Positions 1 through 64,000 of a stretch of DNA of 64,000 bases are shown piece by piece. Position numbers and translations under genes: made by a program. The notes under the pieces were generated by a model. That model saw only the letters and a list, made by a program, of their open reading frames with translations, searched no databases and was not told where the DNA came from. The first letter of the stretch is position 1. The number at the start of each line of letters is the position of its first letter. The stretch is from assembly GCA_951406725.2 (NCBI GenBank), contig OX597815.1, positions 36,704,001-36,768,000 of the forward strand, in the 5' to 3' direction. The DNA is from Octopus vulgaris (Eukaryota).

Positions 1-1506
1 CTTAGTAAATTTAACTTGTGATAAACTGACAAAGCTAATCATAAGCTTGTCAATCTTCTGATTCATGGACACATTTAGAAATAATTTTGTATACTAACCA
101 CTAAACTGTTATTATTTTTAGCTAAGCAGACGATTTCAACTTTTGACCTTTTGGCTCAGTAGTTTAGTATCACAACTATGAGTAAACTTTTGATCTCTCA
201 TCTAAATCATTCCTATGTATTGATGAATCTCAGATTCATTCCAATATATGTGTTTTTAATTCTTTTTGCTATTGGACAACCTCCTTAGGGCTAGTGTCAT
301 AATTCATGGCTGTTTGGGTAGAGGAATACCTAACATATTACTCTTATTCTTTTACTTGTTTCAGTCATTTGACTGTGGCCATGCTGGAGCACCGCCTTTA
401 GTCGAGCAAATCGACCCCAGCACTTATTCTTTGTAAGCCTAGTACTTATTCTATCGGTCTATTCTATCGTCGTTACATTTTGAGTTCAAATTCTGCCGAG
501 ATCGACTTTGCCTTTCATCCTTTCGGGGTCGATAAATTAAGTACCAGTTTTGCACTGGGGTTGACGTAATCGACTTAATCCCTTTGTCTGTCTTTGTTTG
601 TCCCCTCTATGTTTAGTCCCTTGTGGGTAGTAAAGAAATATTTAGGGTTAAAGTTCAGTATTCTGTATTTATGAATTTTTTGTTTTGCTCGCTCCATCAT
701 CTATTGACACATGTTTTGATATCCTTAGATCTCATCAGTTTTACTCATGGACAATATGGATATGTCCAGCTTGGTGTTCAAGTGTATTACTATGTGCTTC
801 TCTATTTCATTCATTTCTCCTGCATATCTATGGTCTATACATCATCATTATTGTTTAACATCTATTTTCCATAGTGGCATGGGCTGAATGGTTTGAGAGG
901 AACTGACAAACCAGAGGATTGCACCCAGCTCTGTCTGCTTTGGTGTGGTTTCTATTGTTGGATGCCATTCCTAACATCAACCACTGTACAAAATGTACTG
1001 GGTGCTTTTTTTCAGTAGCAATGGCACTAGTGAGGTCACCATATAATTTGAAAAACCTCTCAAATTAATTGATGGGGGCCTAGTATGAAGGGAAGTGGTT
1101 TTATGCTAGGTGTTGAGAGGTTACCATAAACGTGTTGTATTCATGAAAAGAATGAAAAAATTAAATTTTACTCTAAATCAAGAATTAAAGTTTGAAAATG
1201 GTGAAGAACTACTTCAGTTAGATAAACTTTAGCTATTGGTCAGAGATGGGATCTGGCTGTGCAGTAGACTGAACTCAAAAACATGTAGTGACAATTTTTT
1301 TTGCATTGACCACTAAATTATTTTTACACCACCCTCCCAGTTGCATAGTTTGGGTGGATGGGAGTCGAGTTGTGTGTGTGTGTGTGTTGGAGGTAGGGGG
1401 ATACAATCTGCCCCAGGCAATGCTTTTAAAGGAGCAATGTTTTAAGGTTTCATTCCCATCAAACAAAATTCCACCAGTTCAAATGAATTTCCTCAGTTAA
1501 AAATAT

Positions 1507-1734
1507 TTAACCATTTCGTTACCAACGTGGCTGAAACCGTCTCTGGCTCTGAGTACAAATGCCTTGTTTTTAGAAGTTTTGAATTAAAATCTTCCACCAA
1601 ACTTTTGTCACAATTTATGTTCCTAACACTAGCTGAATGATAATTAAGTTATTTTACTAAATTCTTTGTTATAGTTAAAGTAATTGAAAGAAACACAGAG
1701 CATCTCAAAATAAATACAGTAACAAAAGGTTTAA
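1507..1734. mobile_element. piggyBac-type MITE (family 1)
   Basis: TTAA at both ends, TIR ccatttcgttac/gtaacaaaaggt; second copy at 32039-32266. Confidence 0.8.
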
Positions 1735-2061
1735 ATACCTGATGTTTTTTGTCTTTTTTTGGCTGGACACAAAGCCAGAGTTTGTCAGGGAGGGGCATTG
1801 TTGATTGAATCACCCACACCCCAAACATAAAAAAGCTGTTGACCTCACTGGAATATGAACACTAAATGTAATAATGAGTATGAATACTGTAAAAGATCTC
1901 AGTATCACAGGACTTAATATAAACTGCTCTCATTTTCAGCTAGTTCATGCAAGTTGTTTAAATATTAATAAATGAATGTGATAGCATTGCTATAACTATG
2001 TTGTGTTTGGATGATATGTTGTTGTAACCACAGGTGGTGTTGTGTTGCTATATGTTGTGTA

Positions 2062-2385
2062 GTGAAGGCATGTGGCTAAGTGGTTAGGGCATTTAGTTCA
2101 CAACTGTAGGGTTGTGAGTTCGATTCCTGGCAGCATGTTGTGTCCTTGAGCAAGACATTTTATTTCACATTGCTCCAGTCAACTCAGCTGGCAAAAATGA
2201 GTAGTACCCATATTTCAAAGGACCAGCTTTGTCACATTCTGTTTCATGCTATATCCCCCTGAGAACAACGTTAAGGGTACACATGTCTGTGAAGTGCTCA
2301 GCCACTTGCATGTTAATTTCACGAGCTGGCTGTTCTGTTGGTTAGATCAACTGGAACCCTCGTCATCATAACCAATGGAGTACCA
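2062..2385 (+). mobile_element. tRNA-derived SINE family C; related copies at ~7845-8185(-), 28185-28477(-), 49545-49843(-), 57500-57868(-)
   Basis: gtggctaagtggttag...gagttcgattcc A/B boxes followed by gtgtccttgagcaagac...ttgctccagt. Confidence 0.75.
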
Positions 2386-2720
2386 GTTATATGTATGAAC
2401 ACAAGTTCAAACCTTGTTGTTATTGTGTTGGGGCGTGTAAGTGAGCCACAGTGTTCTATTTGTCATATGAAGGTTTACCTGATAGCCAAACAGGCATATT
2501 TGCTCTTTTACTTGTTTCAGTCATTTGACTGTGACCATGCTGGAGCACCACCTTTAGTTGGGACTTATTCTTTGTAAGCCTAATACTTATTCTATTGGTC
2601 TCTTTTGCTGAACCGCTAAGTTACGGGGACGTAAACACACCAGCATCGGTTGTCAAGCGATGTTGGGAGGACAAACGCAGACACACAAACATACACACAC
2701 ATACATACATATATATATAT

Positions 2721-2772
<52 letters not shown>

Positions 2773-3345
2773 AATCCAAACAAGAAAACACAAAAAAGCA
2801 AAAAAACACAACAACGCGAGGACGTGGAACAAATAAAGTATTATTGGACGCTCAGGAAAGAAGGGAAGAAGGAGGGTTTAACGTTACGGGCGGAGCTCTT
2901 CGTCGGAAACATAGGAGAAGGAATGATCCCGAGAAGGGAAGACAGAGGAAAAAAAGCGCCAGCGGTACTCACAAGGTCACATATATATATATACATATAT
3001 ACAATGGGCTTCTTTCAGTTTCTGTTTACCAAATCCACTCACAAGGCTTTGGTCAGCCCGAAGCTATAGTAGAAGACACTTGCCCAAGGTGCCATGCAGT
3101 GGGACTGAACCCAGAACCATGTGGTTGGTAAGCAAGCTACTTACCACTTCACACTTGATTGAATAATATTCACCGGTTACAAAAAAGAAACTTGCTCATC
3201 TCATCAGGAAAACTGTGACGTAAACTAGCAAAAATAACAATGAAAATAGTTGGGTACTATGTAAATTCTGTTATTTATTATGTTTCTTTTTTTTTGTTTA
3301 GGAAATTATCACCATCTATTTCTATCTCTCTGAGGATTTCTAAGC

Positions 3346-28868
<25,523 letters not shown>

Positions 28869-31522
28869 GTTCTAGATGAACCAATCAAGGACTGATCTTA
28901 ATTAGCCTATATATGAGGAGTGTCTTTTTCTTTTTATTTATCAATTATAAAAATCGATTAAAAGGTAACTAATTGATAACTAATTTTGAGCATTATGGCA
29001 GATATGCTTGTAAGCAATAATTTTTTTTTTTTTATCAGTTTCTTGAAATTTTTATTTGGGATCACTACAGATAGATTTGGGTTTTTTTTTAATTTTTATA
29101 AAACAAAAAAAAATCAATATACAGTTTAACAAACATATATATGCAAGTAAAAAAGAAAAAAAACATTTTTAAAAATTTCAAATTTATTTTTTAAAATATT
29201 AAGATTTCTCACTTCCATTCTGTCCATGACTGCATTTAAAGATCCTCTTCACAACCATTTTATAAAAGGGAAACTGGTCTTCTGTGAAATAATTATATTG
29301 TTAGAATTGTTTTATTTAAATTTTTAATAGACTTATTGTTGGTATTGGAAAAGAAAATACAAAAGTGGAAAAAAAAAAAATTTAAATATTCTTTTAGATT
29401 TTGCATTTTGTTTTGAGATTGATATGGAATATAATTAAGAATTATATCACAAAATGAAGTTGATCACAAAAATTACTGTTGAAGTAGTTGAGATATTCTT
29501 TCACACAATTTAGGACATTTGCTGCTTACCAAATGTCTGTGATCTGAAAATTATAATTTCTAAACATTGTTTTTCATTAAATTATGAAGAATGAGAGTAT
29601 TTTTTAATCTTTTGATATTTCATTAAATCATTTCATTTAAGCATGATTTCTTGTCTTGTGTTTTTTTCTAACCTCGATAGTTTTGTAGCATTATGACTGT
29701 AAGGTCAAGTCAATGGCATTTGATCACATGTTGAATGAATTCAAATCTCAATACAATAGATATATACTGGACATGGTAAATATATCTTTGCTATTATTTT
29801 AAATTGCTTAATGTTATTTCTTCAAGCAAGACTATTTTGCAGAAGGGGTCTGGCAAGACTGAACCAAATTAAAACTTGTCACTGTATTTACCAAAAAATC
29901 AAACCTCAGCATCATCATCATTTGATGTCCATTTTCCATGTTGGCATGGATTGGACAGTCTAACAGGAGCCAGCAAGCCAGAGAGCTGCACCAGGCTCCA
30001 GTCATCTGTTTTAGCATGGTCTCCATGTCTGGATGCCCTTTCTAATGCCAATCAAATTACGGAGTGTATTGAGAGCTTTTTAATGTGGTGTTGGCACGGG
30101 TGATTTTACATGGCCCCGGCACATGTTATTAAGTGTTTAATCAATTTCTGTTTAGGAGTTGTCCCTCTTGTCTTTCCAGACAAGAATAATCATTAGTGTT
30201 GTTATTCCTTTTCATTAAATTCACATTTTGACCAATTACAAAATATTTTCAACTCACTACATTTAGTAGGTTAGCCTCACCTTGTTATCACTTACTACAT
30301 ATATCTCTAATTTTGTTGACAACAAATTCTGCTCATACTCATGGCTATATGATTATAAGTACAAAGAGAATACCAGTTGTTATCTATGCTATGAGTATTT
30401 AAAATTAGAAATAATTATTATAATTTTCAGATTTGTATTTAACATGGGTGGGAAAAAAGTTGTGGCAGCAGTTTCTGAATTAAAGGAACTGAGTTATGTC
30501 ATAATCATAAAGCATAATCAGAAATCTTTGGTAGGGGTTCAAATTCAAGTCAATATATTGAAACTGAATCTGGAAGGGAAAATTTTCTTTCAGTTTTCTA
30601 AGGTGGATTGGTAGAATCATTAGTGTCAGATAAAGTATGTTCACTATTCATTCTGGCTTTTCACAGTTTGAGTTCAAATCCCGTCGAGGTCATATATCTC
30701 AGAATTTAAGCAATGCAAAATAAAAAAAAATAGAATTCAATACTTGAATGGTACAAATATTAATTATTGTTTAATTCATCAGTTGAAATTGCATTGTATA
30801 GTTTTCTTTAACAATTTTTAAAAAATAACCACTGCAATATTTTGATTTAGTTATATATGATAGTATTATCCTTACTTCTAAATATATATGGAATGAATAT
30901 TAGTGTTGTGTTTTTACTGTTAAATTGCCATATTCTATGACAATTTGACAGTGTAAAATTATTTCAAAACTAAACATTATATCTGCATAGAAAAATTCTA
31001 GAGAAACTTGGAAAATATTTTGATATCTATATCAAAATATGATGGGCTGTTTAATGGCAATATAACAATGAAAAAGCTATTAAATAATTGAAGTAGAAAA
31101 AAAAAAAAAACAAATTAAAGAACCCTTCTATTTTAGTGGTAGAAGCTGAGATTTGATACAACTCAAATGTCTATTGAGTGGTGTCTACACAGTAGTTAAC
31201 TACAGTAAAACAATATATTAAATGCATTAAACCAAAATAAAACTTCATAATGTGTTTATTTTCCTTGTCATTATGATATTGACAGTTATTTTTTATTACA
31301 TTGGAAACAAAAATATTAGTGGTTTCATAAACTCCTGTTGATGGCATCTAATTCATTTAGTATTCGTGGGTGAATTAGATTTTAGATGAGAATGGAAAAG
31401 AATGAATGGATCTTCAAATTTGGTTTTAAAAAAATCTAAATTCAAGATTTTTCTTTGTCATCTCCTCAAAATTAAATATTGAACATATATTGTTTATAAA
31501 AATGGAATAGTAGAAGGTAGAT

Positions 31523-59850
<28,328 letters not shown>

Positions 59851-60769
59851 GGTTGGTGATTTTATAAAAGTAGTGCAACGTTAGAGAATTGTAAATTTGC
59901 AATCCTTTTTCTATAATTCAGGGAAACTTGCTGGTTGCAATAATGTCTACCATTGACGGGAGAACAACGGTGTCGACGAGAGAAGTTCTCCTGTAAATCA
60001 AACATCCGGCTGTCAATTATTTTTTTTTTATCTTAATCTTATTGATTAGACATCCAACGGCGCTATAAAGATAAACAAAAGATATTTATTTTTAAAAAAT
60101 GACAAACGTTGGTACACATCATTAACAAGTTCTGAAACTAAGAAATATGAATAGTTTATTTCTTATTTTGTCTCCGAAGAAATATGCAATGTTTAGCGAA
60201 ATAAATTTTTGTTTTCGAAGGGAAGAACAATAGATTTAGTTGGTGGTCTTGTTATCTCTATTCTAGCTTTTGGGGAAGTGGAAGAGGTTAGAAAAGGTCA
60301 AGTGGTGAAGACATTATTTCGGCCTAGCTAAAGGCATCTGGAAAATGTAAAACTGCTGTCAGAGAAAAACCATTGTTCAACCGTGGGAAAAGTTCTGTTG
60401 CAGTGTTAATTTAAATTTGGCTATGGTTGATCAAATCCACTTCATGCATGCAAGATCCACTACATATGTATGTATATGTTTGTGTGTCTGCATTTGTCCC
60501 CACGAACGTCACTTGACAACCGACGCTGGTGTGTTTAGGTCTCCGTAACTTAGCAGTTCGGCAAAAGAGACCGATAAAATAAGTACTAGGCTTACAAAGA
60601 ATAAGTCTTAGGATCGATTTGCTTGACTAAAGGTGGTGCTCCAGCATGGCTGCAGTCAAATGACTGAAACAAATAAGAGAATGAGAATCTGTATATCTTT
60701 CTGGCTAGGTACTGATGTTCTCAGTTTCCTTGACATCTGCTGTACATGATTACAACTTCAATGATCTTA

Positions 60770-61195
60770 AACTGTTCTTTCTGTCTTCCACAATCATTTT
60801 TTCATCATCTTGCTTCAATAGTGTGACCTGTCTGTCTCTGGAGAAATAACACAAAATCCTATAATTATCATTAACTATGATAGCCTCTGACATGTGTACA
60901 TACCACTTTTTCATCACTCCAAATCCATAACCTTGGTTAACATCCCAATGCACTCTTTTACCAACACAGTTTAACTGTATTTATTACACTTCTTGTGACA
61001 GTTTAATGTACTCACTTAGAAGATGGTGAATACTTTTGGTCTCTTTTTCACACATTCTCTGCTTTCTGTTTGACTAAGATTTATTAATCTTTGCCTTTAT
61101 CAAATTCATTTTAAAACGCCTGTTCTTGAGTAGCCATAATTAGTGATTCAGTTTCTCATTTCTGGTTTCCATCTCTCAGCCACCCCAGCTTTCTC
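60770..61195 (-). mobile_element. Decayed R4/Dong-clade (RLE-type) non-LTR retrotransposon C-terminal fragment
   Basis: - strand with stops/frameshifts: ETESLIMATQEQA...IKAKINK...SIHHLLSE...VGKRVHWD...KWYVH...NDNYRIL, resembling the zinc-knuckle/pre-RLE region. Confidence 0.65.
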
Positions 61196-62589
61196 CTTTA
61201 AATGTAAGAAGACATAAACACAGCAAATATCAAGAAAGCATTATTGTTCCTCACATTTTTTAACTAAATATGAACAAGGATGGAAGTCTCTATGTAGTTA
61301 TTCAACTTGTCAGATGTGCCAACCAAACTTGCAGCTCCTCTACTTTGATTATTAATTCCCATTCACGCCAATAAACATTGATAAATTTGGTTATGTTAGT
61401 AAAAATTTAAGCAACAATCTTGAAAAACTAGGATTTTCAAGTACAGGAAGAAGATGATTAACATGAATCATCATCATCATCGTTTAACGTCCGCCCTTCA
61501 TGCTGGCATGGGTTAGACGGTTTGACAGGAGCCAGCCAAGTAGAAGATTACACCAGGATGCTGCGTCTGTTTTGGCATGATTTTTATTGATGAATGCCCT
61601 TCCTAACACCAACCACTTTACTGTGTGGACTGGACGCTTTTTACGTGGCACCAGCACCGGCGGGGTCACCAAGTAACTTGCAAATAGTTACACCCTCTGC
61701 CTCAATTTGGACAATCAGGCCTGTTAAAAAACAACACAAAACAAAAGAAAACAAAATGAAAAAAGAACAGGATCAGCTGTCTCCCTTCCACTTCTGAAGT
61801 AATAGACAGTGTTTTAAAAGTGAATAGTTCCTCACTTGCCTTGTATTTTCTTGAGAGTATTACTTGACTATAATTATTTGTTACAATCTTAATTCCTTGA
61901 AATATAGCATTGAGAGTGAAAAGGTTTATGCTGGGGTTTCTTGAAATTCTCAAAATAATATGGATTTCAAACATTTTGGATATTCTATAGAACAGGGAAG
62001 AAAATCAGGTGCTTCTCTGGGAGGAGGAGGAGGAGCAATTATAACCTGTGAAACAGTTCATCAGGTATCTCTCCACCATATTTTCTGCACATCAACAGTC
62101 CAGAAGGATTATATTTATATTTCTATAACTTCCTCTCACAGCTAAAGGGTTTCTAAGACATAAAGTCAATAAAATGTTTTTTGATACTGAATCTTTACTT
62201 ATCTAACTTTATTTCTTTGTAATATATAAATGTTCTTTGTTGTCATATCTATAATTTTTATTCTTATTAATTATTTACCCCATCACAACTACAAAATTAA
62301 CAAAAAGTTTCTTATCTTGCAGGGCTAAATTCTACAACTATGGATTGGTGAAAGATACTTGTCAAGATATATAATGTGAAATCAGTTTCAAACAATCCCT
62401 CTAAAACTCAACAGATCGAGTGACTTACAACAGGAATTGAATTTATTTAATCTATAGTGTACATACACAATAAGAGTGAATAAGCTTAACATGAGAAGGG
62501 GCTCATTTATTTAAATAATCTATGAGCATATTAAAGGAACTTTGATAGTGTGTCAAACTGATACAGTTTTGCTGCAACAGGAAATAAGG

Positions 62590-63652
62590 GTCCAACTGGC
62601 TGAAATCCTTCATTCTCAACCGAAAGGAGGTAGTCACAGTTCTAGGACAGCATTCTACACCATATGAGATGTCATCGGGTGTACCACAGGGATCTGTCCT
62701 TGGTCCCCTCTTGTTTGTGGCATACATTAATGACATAGATGCAAATTTAAAGAATGCCACAGTATTAAAATATGCTGACGACATCAAGCTGTACCTTGAA
62801 ATCAAGAGGACAGATCCTGTTGTCTACAGCTCTTTCCTGCAATCAGACCTGGACACAATGCAGCAATGGATCACAGACTGGCAACTGAAACTGGCTGTGG
62901 ACAAGTGTACCACCATGCATTTTGGGAGAAAAAACCCTGCGTCCACATACTCCCTCCACAACACTGATATCAAGAAATCCTCTTGCGAGCGTGACCTAGG
63001 CATCACTGTCAGCAGTGATTTGTGTTGGACAAAGCATATCTCTAAAATTGTCAAGAAGGCCGAGGGTGTCTTGGCATCACTCAGCAAGACTTTTGTTAGC
63101 CGCTCTCCAGCTCTATTTAAAACTGTATACAGCTATGGTACGACCACACTTGGAATTCGCATCATCAGTTTGGAACCCCTATCTTGCTCAGAACATTGAC
63201 CTCCTGGAATCTGTTCAGAGACGTGCAACCAAACGCATGCCCTCCATCAGACACCTACCATATTCTGAGCGCCTTGTTTCCCTGGGCATGGATTCACTGA
63301 AGCTCCGGCGTCTGGCGACGGACTTGGTAAACGCCCACAAAGTTGTCAACCACCTCACCAATAACAACACTGAACACCTTTTTGATCTCCATGTGTCTAA
63401 CACACGTGGACATGCCTACAAAGTCAGAAAACAACACAGCTCCCATGACTTTCGGAAACATTTCTTCACACTCAGAGTTGCTGAAGCATGGAATAAACTG
63501 CCTGCGTCAGTTGTTGACTGCCATGACACTGCATCCTTTAAGGCCCTCATGCTTTCCGAAATCCGTCGAAACTACACCTGATTATATATACACTTTCGAT
63601 GAGTTGTAGTGCACCTGAGCACTGTACACAATGTTTATTATTATATTATATT
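62590..63652 (+). mobile_element. 5'-truncated CR1/L2-group LINE, RT and C-terminus nearly intact (one frameshift near 63110)
   Basis: SGVPQGSVLGPLLF, KYADD, ERDLGI, VRPHLEFASSVWNP, LESVQRRATK, RVAEAWNKLP; tail gtgcacctgagcactgtacacaat(tta)n. Confidence 0.9.
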
Positions 63653-64000
63653 ATCCATCTATCTTCTCTGCCCACTATTCCAGGAAGGGTTATGAAGGTA
63701 GTATTCTCAGACACCTTCTCCATAGGATCCAATCAAAAGTCATCATTTCACTTTTTGGCTGAATTTCCAAGTGTAACCAACTAAAGCTAGGAAATTATCC
63801 AGACATCTCATTCTTCGTCTATCCTTAGGTCTCCTGCTAGTTGGTTTGGTTTGAAGAATCCATCTTGTGATTTTCTCCTGTAACGTTCTAATTACAAGTC
63901 TATATTATCTGAGTTGTGACCTCTCAAAGTGATGAGGTAGCAACTTGACTTAGAGAGATTCATTGATCTCCAAGCTATGCACCTTGTTGAGTAATATTAC

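Noticed and set aside
2062-2135. tRNA genes at SINE heads (also ~8110-8185, 49775-49843, 57800-57868)
   Set aside because: A/B boxes are present, but each continues into a SINE body and I cannot build a clean cloverleaf.
60750-60953. Possible terminal exon of an upstream gene
   Set aside because: Contiguous with stop-riddled R4/Dong-like retrotransposon homology.

Overview
AT-rich eukaryotic genomic DNA, not prokaryotic. The SINE/LINE repertoire suggests a coleoid cephalopod, probably Octopus (inference). Two complete convergent multi-exon genes can be assembled by hand with GT-AG introns in phase. One is a TCP11/TCP11L-family gene on + (9 coding exons, 3346-28868, about 519 aa). The other is the spliceosomal NTC/Prp19-complex gene CDC5L on - (20 coding exons, 59850-31523, about 808 aa). 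Introns hold RTE-, CR1/L2-, BovB-like and R4/Dong-like LINE fragments, several tRNA-derived SINE families, a full-length dead mariner, piggyBac/hAT/pogo-type MITEs and a non-autonomous Helitron. The most notable structure is a three-part retro-chimera in the last TCP11L intron (27451-28098, - strand). It joins a partially spliced piece of the neighbouring CDC5L pre-mRNA (exon4/exon5 junction spliced, intron 5 half retained) to the 3' 43 nt of U6 snRNA and then to an RTE LINE 3' end. Also notable are a Penelope-type minimal hammerhead ribozyme (about 10784-10880, -), a second decayed one, other local copies of CDC5L sequence and perfect palindromes. All alignments were done by eye.
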